This document shows positions 1-13,200 of a stretch of 64,000 nucleotides of DNA, in pieces. Position 1 is the first letter of the stretch; every line of letters starts with the position of its first letter. The notes beneath the pieces are model-generated. The model had not been told where the DNA came from. It was given only the letters and a program-made list of their open reading frames with translations, and made no database searches. A program made the translations under genes and the position numbers. This DNA is from Microbotryum violaceum (Eukaryota), in NCBI GenBank assembly GCA_001244265.2, contig CDLV01000004.1:1302001-1366000 (forward strand). The letters are read 5' to 3'.

Positions 1-531
1 CTTCATCAAATACTTCCGCGACGGAGGTGGTTACTACATCGACGTCGGCGCGTCCAAGATGATCGCCGATGGCAAGATCAAGATCAAGCAGGGTGTCGAG
101 ATCAAGAAGCTTACCAAAGATGGGGTCTTGTTCGAGGATGGGACGGAGTTGAAGGCGGATGTGGTTGTGATGGCGACGGGGTACACCTCGCAGCGTGAGA
201 CGATTAGGAAAGTCATCTCGGATGAGGTCGCGGATGGGTTGGGGCCTTGCTGGGGCAAGGATGCGCAGGGCGAGATTCCGGGTGAGTACCCCTTCTGAAT
301 CATGCGGATCCAGATCCAATCCGGTGGGGGCTGACTTTGAAGTTCTATCTCGCTGCTTTCTTTCACTCCAGGCTGCTGGCGCAACTCAGGCGTCCTCGCT
401 TCTACCTCCAATCGGGCAACATGTTCCAAGCGCGTTGTTACTCCAAGTGGCTTGCTCTTCAGATCCATATGTGCGAGTTGGGCTTGACGCCTAAACAGGC
501 CGAGTACCCCAAGTACAAGGATGTTGTAGAT
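1..531 (+). CDS. Flavin-containing monooxygenase, 3' part (5' end outside window; apparent 1-nt frameshift; C-terminus interrupted by a transposon)
   Basis: GGGYYIDVGAS...GKIKIKQG...ADVVVMATGY...WG.D..GE, intron ~282-370, then WRNSG / FYLQSGNMFQARCYSKWLALQI, typical of the fungal FMO C-terminus. Confidence 0.8.
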
Positions 532-769
532 CCTACACGCCCAAGCCCTTTCCGCGGGATTTTCCCGCGAGAGAATTTAGAGCGGGTTACCTTGTCTTCC
601 TTTTCCCAGTCAAGAGCAAATTGTATCTGTGGCGTGTATACTTGTGTTAGCGAACTTCCCCAGGTCCCTGCGCTCGTCGACATGAAATTCGAAACTCTAA
701 AAAAGACCCACGGCCAGACACCAATGGATGACATGATCGCCCGTCAAACATGCTTCGGTTGACGGCCAT

Positions 770-2241
770 TCCTTGAAACAAGCAGAGGATCCTTACTGAG
801 GAATACTATATGTTGAATCTGAGGTGGACAGAAAACGATTGTAAGCGAGATGCAAAGCATGCAATGGCGAGTTCGGAACAGATGCACTCGAAGGTGGCCG
901 AGCGGGAGTCTCACGTACACGCCCGGCGAATTCCCTTCGCGCGTTAGCCACAACCTCTGCGATCGCCGCAGAGACCACTTTACGATAACCATCGTCGTGT
1001 TCATCTCTGCCGCTGTCGATGATCTGATTGGCAAGCAGGTACTTCTGTGGGTATTACTTGTCAAACATTCAGACCCGAGAACCAAGAAAACACGAACCTC
1101 ATGGCTGTGAAGCCGAGCATGGTTGTGAAGCTGACTCACTTTGAGAACCCCCGTTGCCCCGTTATAGAAGTTGGTGAGGCGAGGCGTACTCAGCATGGCC
1201 TTGGCATGTGATCTGAACTTTGACTGTGATAAGGAGAAACTTCATTGCCAGTCAGATACTGCGACGCATGAGGATTGGCGCCGACCACAGGAGGAGCGAG
1301 AATCTTACACCCTACAACGAACCTTGAAATCTCTGGCAGTGATAGCAGCCACGGGTCGGCGCATCTGATCATGGACCATGATGAGCATGTTCATCATCAT
1401 TTCGCCTTGAAGCCGGCGCTTGAGGGGAACCCCTCCCTGTCTTCCAAGCTGTAGTCAACAGAGCACATGTAAGACGTTGAACTGTACCTCTAACATGGTG
1501 GTGCTGTACTCACACGGGCATACTCGATCATGTAGTCCGTGCATTGGAGGCCTCGCGACTGGAGATCTTTTTAATGACCGCGCTAGTAAAGGCACCCCCT
1601 CGGGTGTTATCCTCGTCGGAGACCTCCTCCTCCTCATCTCCACTTTCAAGAATAGTCGGTGCTACTTGTGTCACGGGACCTCTCTCCGCCGGCTCCTGGG
1701 CTCACCGAACGTCGACCGGGTGCGGAGCCAGCGGAAGAGCCCCTGTGCGGGAGAGACGAGCGCTCCTCGTGCTCCGGCGCGTCTTCATCTCCCGCAACCG
1801 CGTTTGTCAAGTCTCGACAACGGCGAGTGGGTACAGTGGTAGAGCTTCCGCCGATCTGTCTTCTGTTGTGGGGAGGGGTTTACTCCACTGCCCTTGTACA
1901 AAGGAGCCTGTGTCAATCATTGAAGTTGAACGAACACCTTGTAAACAAAGCCCCGTTCCGCCGAGAGAGGACGTACCTGTCGGTTTGGTTCATCCGAGGA
2001 GGTCACTCTAACCGTAGACTCGGTGTTAGTAATTGAGAAAAGAACTTGACGCCGAGACACTGGGGAGGGGGTATTCGCGGGACTGGACAATACGCCCCCC
2101 GTCATCTGCGGGTTCGAAGTGCAGAGTTGAAGGATCCGGTCATTGGCCGCACGTAAAGGTCTGCTCGCTCTCCGCCGGCCGTACTACTATAATCGGATTC
2201 ATGGAACTCACCCACTGTTGCTGTATGGGAGTTGCGGACAT
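770..2241 (-). pseudogene. Accessory (TnpA-position) gene of the 8-kb element, spliced, with premature stops; ends approximate
   Basis: Exons join in frame across GT-AG introns: ...AAITARDFK|SKFRSHAKAMLSTPRLTNFYNGATGVLK|KYLLANQIIDSGRDEHDDGYRKVVSAAIAEVVANARREFAGR; acidic N-terminal half contains stops. Confidence 0.5.
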
Positions 2242-3411
2242 GGAGTTGAACACAGCGTGACGAAGGAAGAGAGAGAGGGGGAGAGGGGTTGCTGACTCGG
2301 AGTCAATGGATGGGCACAAGGTAAACAAAGCAAAGGCAAACAACGCAAAACTCGGTGCTCCCTAACTACGCGACTCCGATCACCTCCGATCGCGCATCTC
2401 AACATTCCTGAGCAGTTGGTCCGAAGGCATTGGCTTCGCGCCGGCCAAAGCCCGACGTGACGACCATATCATGGGCACCTTCAGTGGGGCGATACGTGGG
2501 TATTTCGAACCGACGCGGCCAATGGGAATTAATCTACTACTTTGATTTTTTTTGAAGATTCCGCAGCGACTGAACCATAGAGGCTCTACCCAACGACTGA
2601 TACTTTGCTAATCTGTAAAATGGGCTGTCATAAATAGGGGGCAGCTTGAAATTCTCGAGCTGAACGCCGGCCATGTACGCTCAAAAGGAGTGCAGAAAGT
2701 CAACGCGAATGGTAATTGCAGACGCTTCAGATCTTCATCTCCTACTTCGCTTTCGCTTCGCCTTCAAATCGCAAGGTTCCGGATCCGAAACATAGCCTTC
2801 CGACGAAGACTGAATGCCAGGCCGCGATGGAGGGCTCCGAATCAGCTTGAGCTCGCGCTTTGCCCCACCCAGTGCCTGTAGAGCTGTAAGAGATAGAAGC
2901 GAGTGTACGTACATTTGCACTCATCATCGATCTCATCCTCCCCGAAACCGGGTTACTCGTTGAGTGGGCGCACTCTGAATCCACATCTTGCGCATCACTT
3001 TCCGACTCGGTGTTCCCAGCTGATTGCTCGCGTTCGAGCCTCTCACCCTGCGATTCCTCGCGCGAGGACTCCTCCTGCTGCGACTCTCCATCCTAAGTAA
3101 AAAAGCATTAAAGCCTGAGAAGTCTCCGCAAAATCGCCGCGTTTCTTGACGTTGACAGAGGCCAGTCAACTTGAAGTGACTCACGAATTCATCGGGCTGC
3201 CACTGGGGCTGGCTCCTTTGGTCTTCGCTGTCGCTGTCGGTTTCTGCAACGCTTGGAAGCTGATAATTGATGAGTACATGTTAGCGCGAGCAGTCCCATT
3301 GACTGAGCAGACAAGTAGAGGCATACGATCCCTACCCTGGGTCGGTCACGACGCGCCACGTTGGGGCCCACCGCATTGCGCGTCTGAGCTGGAGGTTGCG
3401 ATAGGCGGACT

Positions 3412-6400
3412 TTTTATACGAAGCTGTCCAAATCTTCCGCGGCTGGAATTGGGGGCGCAAGCGGGGCAACCAAGTCGTGCGATCGCTGGGTGATGGTACT
3501 CAGCAGCTAATTACGATCGTCCCCATGGGTCAAGGCATTCTCGAGTCCGCCTGTGTCGATGCGCTCAATGCGAGCCTTGTTTGAGGCCGAGAGCGCGCAG
3601 TTCGCTGATGCGCAGTCATGCTGTACACTGGCAACTCCAAGCAAACACTGTAGACGGGGACAGAAAGATTTTTGTGAGCTGATAGTGCAAGAGCTTTGCC
3701 TCCTCTAGGCGTTGACTCACCTTCGTTGACACTACAGAGGGGTGAGGCTCGAGAGACAGTCGGACGAAGCCAGTCGAACCGAGTTCTTCGCCGAGGCGGG
3801 CGAATTCTACAAGTGCGAACCCCTCGTCGATCAGGCTGCTTTGAAGCGTGCGAACGGTGGTCGGCACTAGCAGGGATATGACTCGGCCGATACGTAGTCC
3901 TGACTGATAGCATAACAGATGGGGCACCATTTAGTTACCCCAAGGATGGTGCCAAAGAGCGTACGGCAGGACTCACATTGGGTGAAGTGCGCACAAATCA
4001 CCAATGTCGAAGCAGGCACCGATCACCATTCGGAAGTGTGGCGGCCTTGGCCGCGCGAAAGTGGTCATACGCGGAGACCGATCCTTCCGCCTTGAGGTGC
4101 CGGTAGATAGGATCGTGTTCGAGCTCCGACGAGGATTGCACTTGTTGAATATGCACTCACTCCGATCCTGCGTCTCGGCATCCTCATCGACCATGAACCA
4201 AGACCTGATCACCGCGTTGTCCATTAGACTCGCTGCCGCAGGACCGAGCGAGACAGCCCGGCCACCATGACGCCAAAGACCCCCACCCGCAACAAAGGTG
4301 AGCGCGGCTGTCTCCGCTAGAGTCTGCGCCACGTCACGCGATGGAGCTTGATGGTTGGTTCGCATATTGACTTGGCGCACGACCTTGTTTGCAGACTCGG
4401 CCACCGATGAATCGAAGAGCTTAGGAGGTCCGAAGCGCCGAATGGCCCCTTCAAGCTCGAGAAGGTAGTGGTACTTGACGCGAGCCAAGGTGAATATCAA
4501 ATTGCGGGTCATCGAAGCCTGGACAAATGCTCGCGCTAGCTCGCGATAGTCGTCCTGTGCACGAAAAAGTTCCCTTTAGTCTCGAGCTAGCTGGCCTCAT
4601 CATTCGACGGATACCATGCCAACTCACGGCGTACTGATCAATACTTGTTGCGGAGGGAGCGAACATATGATGGGTCAACTTTCCAAGGGCACTCCAGCAG
4701 CGATTAGTCACTGGAGTGATCATGGACCTGCTCAACATGACCTCAGCGATGAAGGGAAGTATCTGCGCGATCATTCTATAATCGTGACCATCGAGGCCTC
4801 CCTTGTAGTCGACGTAGAAATTAGGCTTGAATCGTTCACCGAGCCCAGCTGTCGAAAGCGAACGGAATGCGCCGCGCATGAAGTCAACGGCTGTGGGTGT
4901 AAGGCCCGCTATTGTGTCGACCCAAAGATATTTGACAGGACCTAGCAGAAGGACGTGGAGCATGTCAGGAGGTGTGTCACGGTGGACGTCGAAATCTGCG
5001 GGCCGAGCTTGAACTGTCAGATGCGTGCCAAGCCGTGCAAGCACCGTCAACTCATTGACTTACGAGGAATGCGGAAGAAGGGGCCAAGAACGAACCCAGA
5101 GGCTTTGAGTTCGGACAGCCGAGCCGAAGCGGCTGCCCGTGCTCGAACTCCGTTGGCGGTGGCAATCTTTTTTCGTTCCTTGGCGCCGGCATTGTTGTAC
5201 GCTCTCGCCAACCCGGCATTTGGCTGAGGCCGGCCATCTTTGCTGTGAGGGACCTTGTGTGTCATCTCGAGTGCATAGGCTTGGCGGATTTCTTCAATGA
5301 CTTTTGCGGTGACTTTGTCGCGCGTGCCTGTGCTCTTTTGCAACTCCTGAACCCCGTGAGCGGTGCCGTCACGAGTCATGGTCTCGATCTGCGCCCATGA
5401 TTCCAACATCGTTCTGTCCGCGTTACGTTTGATGGGTGACTGCATAATTCCAGCTGCGAATTGTCAGCCTTTGTATGACGCACGAAGCAAACGCGGTCAA
5501 GGCTTGACTCACAGTAAAGTAAGTCATTAGGGTGTCGAACGCCAGTCGGTCGGCGGGAGATCCGCCCCATCGACAGCAGCGGCAGGGAAAGCGCGCTGCG
5601 GCCCCAATTGGACGGGCAGAGACTACGGCGGCCATCGATGTGTCGTGTACCGTGTATAAAAGTGGCGTCCAAAACTGTACAGGGGCTCTGGTACGACCAT
5701 CAATGGCCTCAACGGGCGATGAAAGCGTGGCACTAGAGTTTGTAGAGTTTGTTGCATGAGTCAGCCAAATTCGCCGGCTGGCTCGACAGTCACTTCACAC
5801 GCACATAATGTCCGTAAGCACAGCCTCCGCTAGATCGAGTGCCTCTCCCCAAGCGGTCACAGCGATGTGCTGAAGCGAGAATCGGCGGCTTAACTGCGAA
5901 GCCGGCAAACCCAGAGTCTGGATCGAGCACTGTTGCATGCGCCGGGGCGAATCAGTACAGTGTAATCTCCCACATGGGTGTTTGGGAGCGAGTCTGCACT
6001 GACCACGAACATCTTGTAGTAACGCTTCGACTCCCCACCGCCAAAATCATCCAAGAACAACCGCAGCGGGACAGTCAGAAGTCGGCCGCCTCAGGCAGCG
6101 GCTCTCGAGGCACTCGACGCCGGCAAACAGGGTAGCAGCACCTCTTGATCTGCAGACAGTACTGCGTGCGCAAAGTGGCCGTGTCAGGAATGTCGAAATG
6201 TTCCGACTTGTCTCATGCACTTACGTATGATGCTCCTCCTCTCCATCTCCACTTCCCTTGCGATCGGAAGCCCGAGCAACTCCAACGGTATTAGGGACCA
6301 CGCCCGGTCTGAAAGTGGCGACGATGATAAGTCCGGCATATCCGCGGGAGGGAGTTGTACGCAGAAGCCACCATCGTCGCGGAGGACCGCAGGAACCGCC

Positions 6401-7650
6401 AGTGCGCAGAGTACGTGGTTGTGGGTGGCGAACGAGTCGATAAAGAGGTATCCTCCACCTATTCGAAGTACGACTTCCTGGGCGAAATAGTCGATGCCGT
6501 CATGCGAAGCCATCGGTGTTCGAATGGGTACCGGTAATGTGTGGCTCCAGCGCGCAGTTTGACAGGCCGATTGCACAAAATCTTTGTCGTCATAGGAGGG
6601 GTAGAAATCTAATTGCTCGACGAGCGTGGGGGTAGCCAGCGCCTGCGGGGATATAAGAGAGCGTGCGTCAGCGGGGGGGCACTGGCTGGGGGCGCTGGAT
6701 GCGGAGTAAGAGTGAGTGCCACTGGGAACGCACTGCAATGACAAAACCAAATGGAGGAATGACGAAGATTGTGCGGTTGTTAGGAATGACAACTGGCCGG
6801 GGATGGAACAGCTGGATTTCGTTGAGTAGGTTGCATAGGAAGGTTTTGATGGTTTTGATCGAAGGCAGCTTGGTCACGCCGAGGACTTGTGCAAACTCGA
6901 GTATTTCTTGGAACTCTTGCACGCCCATGCGTCCGTGGGGTGATCGCCAGAAGAGAGAGACCACGCACATCTGTGGCCAAGAATTCGCAGACCAGAGTCC
7001 GCATTAGTTACTAAGCTGAGAGGGCTTCGGCGCTCGGGTCACGATCACTCACAGCCGCGCTCGGAAAAGGGAACCATTCATCGCTTGGATGCGGAACGCT
7101 CGATGATGATGCGCGGTGGCTTGAGCTCTTGAAGAGTTCGGCATTCACTATAATGTAAACATGTGCCCATGATGTATAAGAAGCATAGGGCAAATAATAC
7201 CTCCCATGACTGCTGAACTGACCGTTGATCATGTGCGCCTGTGTTCGGGGTCGGCGCCACTCTCTGTCGATGTCGTCGCCGTCTTCGAACCCGCTAACAT
7301 CACCCTCACGATCTGATTCAAAGTCGTCTAGACTCTCGTACGCGGCCGATGGATCTTCGAAGCCGTTATCGCTGTCAAAGCGATTATTGTCGCCATTGTG
7401 AGCATAGTTGTGCGCACTGTAGTCGAAGTCGGGTGTTCCGCCCGACGAGGGTGACCCATCGCTGCCGAGCTGGTTTTAGGTCAGATGCAGACACATCAGA
7501 TCGCGTAGTCTCAACACTGGAAGACCTCCGCTCGCTCACAGAAGAGACAGAATTGTTGGTTTCGATTGAAAGGTCGTCATTGTTGGGGATGATATCCAGG
7601 TAAGATCCCCAACACCGATACCTTGCAGTTGGACTTGTTCTTTGTGCACA
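3412..7650 (-). pseudogene. Multi-exon DDE-type transposase of the 8-kb element; ends approximate
   Basis: Ordered motifs: WFPFPS, LDFYP...TPM, PLRLFLDDFGGGESKRYYK, FPCRCCRWGG, FDVHRDTPPDMLHVLLLGPVKYLW, KYHYLLEL..AIRRFGPP.LFDSSVAESANKVVR...NHQAPSRDVA, VQHDCxxxxC; frameshifts and stops present. Confidence 0.75.
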
Positions 7651-8619
7651 TTCGTCTTGAAATGGGCCCGGGCTCGGGCAAGGCTTAGCCGTCGATCCTT
7701 ATGTTGAAAACAGACTGTGCAGCGGTATCCGATGCTCCTGGAAGAATTCGTTATGCTGATGATTGCTTCTGTGGTAGCGAAGGCAGCAAAGAAACGAAGG
7801 TTGAGCCACAGTCAGTGCGTCGAAAATGCGCGGCGCGTGCGACCACAGGCATCATGAGCAACCTGATTTCTCTACAAGATCATCGAAGAAGCGTTGATCC
7901 GAATCCAGCCTCTCGGATACTGGCATAGTGCGTAAGTAAGTTGTACGCCGTAAGGGTCGATTGAAATGGGTAGCACAAGGCCAAAAAGCTGGGCGCGACT
8001 TTCTCCAATAAGGCGAATCGTCTCGGTGACTCTCCGGAGCAATTGCAAGATGGCCCCTCCGCGTAAGCGCTGAGCGCTGAGCGCTGTACGCGGAGTCACG
8101 CGCTCCAAGTCACGCGCTTAAGCGCTCACACTGTCCTGCGTCTGCTGACGCGTCGCGTACCTGGCCAAAATTCGACTTGCTTACATTTTAAATGCTGGAC
8201 TGTGTAACGATGAATGTTGCACCGTCTCCGTATTTTCCTCGGATTGCTAGTCATGAAGCCAACCATTCCAGCTTGTTTTAATGTCGTGATACACTCAGAT
8301 GAAGCAGACCACATAATGGGCAAAGCCAACGAATCCCTCCTGGGTTGTCCTTTTCGTGATCGGGTCATTCACCCCGACCAAAGCGTCTGATCCCCAGCAG
8401 CTCATGATCCCCGCGAGAACTCGCGGGGGCCTCAGGTGAAACCCACCTGGGAACTTCGTGATGAAGCCAATCTGGCCGCAGCTCAGCGGCGCGCCTGGGA
8501 ATCCCGCGCCGCAGGGTTGGGCGTGTAGGTTCTGAGAATTCTGAGTCGGGCGAGGTCGCACCGTGGGCTCGGAGTGCCCCCAGTAGTTTTTTTTGAGTGT
8601 TGGGGGCCGTGACCCAAAG

Positions 8620-9787
8620 AGGACCCCGAAAGCCGAGCCAGAGGCGGCCCGCAAATTTGGACATTTTGGGCTCAAAAGGGGTCGAGGCTCACCTCATTTT
8701 TGGACATTTTCCTCCCTCCGGTCGAACTTTGAAGCGCAGACCAGGGTAGCGGGAGGCGCAGGGCCGCAGGGCATAGCCGGGCCCAGCTGCGCGGCGCGGT
8801 GAACAGTCGCGCTGTTTGCGTTTGGAGCGCGTTAGTGTCTGTATTTGCTGTAAGGTATGCGCCTCTGATGTGCATAAAATACAATCTGTCATTCTTGAAC
8901 GATAGGATCAAAGCAAGTCGTAACTAGAACTACTCAGAGGCTACTTATTGGGCTGTTCCTGTAAGACATTTGCGATTGTTTATCGTTTTTTGATCGTCTC
9001 TCGCTCGGAACGCCGACTTGTCGAGCTACGTCTCCTCTTCTTCCTTTCGATCTGGAAGCTCTCTCGCCGAGAAATATCTTTTTTTCCTAGTCGTATCTTT
9101 CTTTTCCTAGTCGGTCAAAGATTCTCAGGGTTCGCCGCCGCCGATACACGTCGGATTCTTTGGAACCGATCACCCGATCGCGCGATCACCGAAATGGCAT
9201 TCGAAGAGCTCTGGGCATCAATTCAGGAGTGCAAGGCTGGCCTTGTGTCTCTGTAAAACACCCACGGGGGATTTGGTGGGTATGATCGATTCTGATTCAG
9301 GGTCAAAGAGTCCTACACTACTGGCCTAGCCAGTGTGCTTAACTGCATTTCCTCCGACTTTCCCAGATATTTCTAGGCACATACATATTAGGATATGGCG
9401 TGCGGCTGAAAACCTTATTTTGGCGTGCATTCCTCCACGTAGATGTAAATTATATTGATTTTGAGCCATCAAATGAATGATAAACAAAGATGAGATCCTA
9501 GCCGAGTCCATTTCATTTTGAAAAGGCTCGTTGGCGGTCGCGCTGGCACCGCTCTTGGTGCTCGCGCAACCTTTCCCGCCCGCGCGCGGCGGGAATGCAG
9601 TCTGCGCGTAGCGCAGAAACTTTTCTGAGCATTGTACAGCTTGTAGAGTAATTTTGAGAAATTATTCAACACTAGGCGGCCCTCTTTTTTGGACATTCTC
9701 AGTCAGAATCCGGAAAATAATTGGACATTTTGACTCGAAAAAGGCCGTTTTTAGAGGGCCGCCTATGGCTGGGCTTTCAGGGGTCCT
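8620..9787. mobile_element. Non-autonomous TIR element (MITE-like, 1168 bp), AGGACCCC family
   Basis: TIR AGGACCCCGAAAGCCGAGCCAGAGGCGGCCC / GGGCCGCCTATGGCTGGGCTTTCAGGGGTCCT; perfect 8-bp TSD ACCCAAAG at 8612-8619 and 9788-9795; both ends homologous over ~200-250 bp to the ends of 48267-51153. Confidence 0.92.
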
Positions 9788-10285
9788 ACCCAAAGCTTGT
9801 TCAGAGTTTTTATCGGATGTCCTTGTGGCCTGTATACATGTATGCTTATCCCCGCTATGCCGCTATGCCGTCTTCTGTCTTTGTATTCCTCCATACATGC
9901 TATTGAAATGAAAGGAACCGATTTGTGACTGAATCGTCTGCCAGCAGTGGCCCGGCTTCATTCCAATGCAAAACATGACAGATTTTTCAGCGGGGATGCC
10001 TGCAGATGATTAATTCTTACCGCGTCCGAGTACCTATGATATGGATGTGAGGTACCACTGGTCGGATTCATATTTTGATGTAGGTTCCAGAAGGATGATG
10101 TAATGTTTTGGTTAGAGACTCGGATTCGGCCACTGTAGCCCTTTCGTCAGCCTTGCTCCGAGTCCTCCGAGTCTGTCTGTTCGAGTCGGTTCGAGTCGGG
10201 CGCGCGGCTCGTCGTGGCTTGGCTTGGGACTATTCCCCAACCCCTGACGGCTTGACGCATAACAACACCCAGCGACGCTCCCATC

Positions 10286-13200
10286 ATGTCGCGCCAAGGA
10301 TCTTCACGTCGAGCAACAACAAGTACACGATCTGCCTCATCGCTGCTAAAGTCGTCATCGGGGCCTTCACCTGGCCCGTCCTCTTCGTCCGGCTCGGCCA
10401 TGTCAAACAACAAGATCACCCCTCGTGGCCGACACGTCCCACGCGCCTCGGTCGAAGCTCAAGCTCAAACCCGAACAGGCCGCTCCTCGAATTTGCCTAC
10501 GCCTCGAACGACTAACTTCAAAGTGACTCGTAGTCGTGGTCGTGCATGGAGGAAGAGTCTCATGGGACCGGGCCATGGCGCTCGTTCGAGGACGCTGGAT
10601 GCACGTCAACAAGCCGTTGCGATGCCGACACAGATCGCTTTGCAGGCTTTGTTGGACATGGGAAAGCGCGAACGCGCGAGTACGGGGTCCAAGACTAGGA
10701 TGGTTTTGAGTGAACAGGATCTAAAGGAGTACAATGCCTTCAAAGGTGAGCGGTCTTTCTTGGATGCGCGCCGCGAGCAGACCATGGGTCACGTGGCCAG
10801 AAGCTGGGTGTATGCATGTCGAACTGACCCTTCTCTCTCTCTCTTTTCGATGTCACCTTATCTCAGGTGTCAAGGAAGCGTACCTATCTACTGCACCCTT
10901 CCTTCAATCCGATGCCCTGAACCCGCAGTACGCGCCGCAGTTGAACGACCCAAGCTCGCCCTTCAACCACCTCATCCGCCGCGCCAACCTCGTCACCTTC
11001 CTCTACCTCGTCTTTTCGAGTGCACCCGATTCCGAAGGGAATCGACGACGTGATGCAGCGAACAAGTTGACCGAGGCGGCGATGCACTTCCTTACGCTCG
11101 TTGTGCCGAATGAGACGCAGATCCATGATGGTGTGTTGACGATGTTGACGGGGTTGAGGATCCAGGTGAGCGGCCGAACACTTTGGGAACTTGGGGGTGT
11201 CCATCACCTCAAGTATGCTCATTCTATAATCTGGTTTGGCTTCATTTAGGCCTACCTCTCCCATCTTGCGACAAGTCGCGAGCCTTCCCCACCTTCCGAA
11301 TTCCTTGGTTCACCACTCTCGACCTACCTCTCGCAAGAGAAACTCTTGGACAACCGTTCGGCAGCTATCCGCTTCACGGCTTTGCAGAACGACGCTTTGG
11401 CCGCGATCGAGTCGACCGAGGCCGATTTGGAGGTCTTGGAGACACAGTACAGGTGGAATGATTTGGTACAAGAGTTGAGGAACTATTGCGAGAACGTCGT
11501 TGCGGACGGTTCTGTCGACCTCGAATCGGGGAGATCGGACGACGAGTCCGTCGATGATGATGATGTCGTTACGGAGGAGGAAGAAGAGCTTACACGTCGA
11601 TTGACAAGTTCTGACGCTACGCTGCGCGGTCCTCAAACTCCTCGAGCGACGATCGTCCCCAAGTCACTCAAGAAGAGCGCCAAGAAAGCTTTGGCGCCCG
11701 TGCAGCAGACAAGACAAGAAACGCCGTCTGGCATTGATGAGTTATTGTCCGATTCGGCCCTTGCCAACCTCGAGGTTGCATCCCAATCCGACGTCGACTC
11801 GCTCGAGGAAGAACACGAAGTCGAAGAAAGGCTGCGCTACTCTTCCGTCGGTGCGGAGACGGCGGACGCGACTGCCAATGAGTCGGATAGTTATGGGACA
11901 GTCGGGACGGTACAGAGGAGACACGTAAGGGCTTTTCGAGTGTTGGAAGAAGGGTCCGAGATGTCCCAAACGGCGAGTATCTATCAGGATGGCGAGCTGG
12001 GAGAGTCTATCGAGGCGAAGAAGTGAGTCATGGGAGGCGGGCGGCGCTTTCACTTCTTGAGGGGACTGAACACAATTTTTGATCTTCAGACCCACGATGG
12101 CGGCTCAGATGCGAGCACTTCAACGCGCTCTCTCTGACGAACCGAGTACCGTCGAAGACGAAGACAAAGAAGGTTCTCTCGGGTGAGTCAGCCTTGTTAC
12201 GTGGTCTTTGAGAGGCCCTCTTTACTGACTTGTAGGATGTTTGTGGACACTCTGAAGACCCATGCCGACGCGAGCCAAAGAGATCTCTTTGTTTTTGAAG
12301 GAGTCGACTTCCGAACTCAGCACGCCAGAGACTCAAGCAGAAAAGGAGACTTTCGGGCAAGTCGCCGACGGCTTGTGACGCTGAACACACCAGCCACTGA
12401 CCGCGACTGGTTTATGCGATCACAGCCTCCATCAAGCTTCGCGAGCCCAAGATCTTCGACGAGCCATTGCTGGATTCAGCGACGAGGACGACGAAGAGGT
12501 AGATGAGCTTGATCTCAAAGTCGAAGTAGAGGAGCATGCGTTGTCAATCGAGACGACTCCTCGGGCTCAAAGAAGAGATACGAACGACGATGGAATGGTC
12601 ACGAGGCCTGTCGAGACTCGACTTGCCTTTGGACAGGGCAATCAGTTGCAGCGCGTGCCTGTCGATAGTAACGCCGTGTAAGCCCTGGGTCTGCTTCGCA
12701 CATTGGGAGGTGATCTGATTGGCTTATTGATATTTCTCTGGATGTAGTGCTCGGTCCCTCCTCGTCCGACAAGCCGATGCGGAGCGGTTGCGTTTCGACT
12801 CACAGGGTGGTGAAGACGAGGACGAAGAAGATCAAGTCAAATCACCGCGCAAGAAGCAACGTGCCGCGACCAAAACCAAGGGCCAGGCTAAGGATAAAGG
12901 AAAACGGAAGCAAGCGACATCGCCCCAAGCTGTCGAACAAGGTCGTGGTCAAGTCAGCCGAGGAGGTCGGCGGACCGAATTGCTTGCCCTTGAGGACAAG
13001 GACTCGGATCGTTCTGCGGAGGAGGAGAGGGAGAGAGAGCGCGGCACGGTGGAGCTCGAGGAGGAGACGCGTCGACCTCGTCAGGGTGATGCCAGCGACT
13101 CTCAAAACGATCCGTTCATTGATGATCGCGAGTATGGAGGTGGCAAAGAAAGCCTAGAACCGGAAACTTTCCGCGGTTTCGACAAGGAAAGCACGGCTTC

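Larger units (their letters stand above)
532..8529 (-). mobile_element. 8-kb TIR DNA transposon, CACTA/EnSpm(Plavaka)-like two-gene architecture, decayed
   Basis: Left end CCTACACGCCCAAGCCCTTTCCGCGGGATT (532); right end reverse complement CCTACACGCCCAACCCTGCGGCGCGGGATT (8529); encloses two spliced minus-strand genes; no TSD seen. Confidence 0.8.

Noticed and set aside
487-500. 14-mer ACGCCTAAACAGGC also present at 30011
   Set aside because: Several 14-mer matches are expected by chance in 64 kb and this one does not extend
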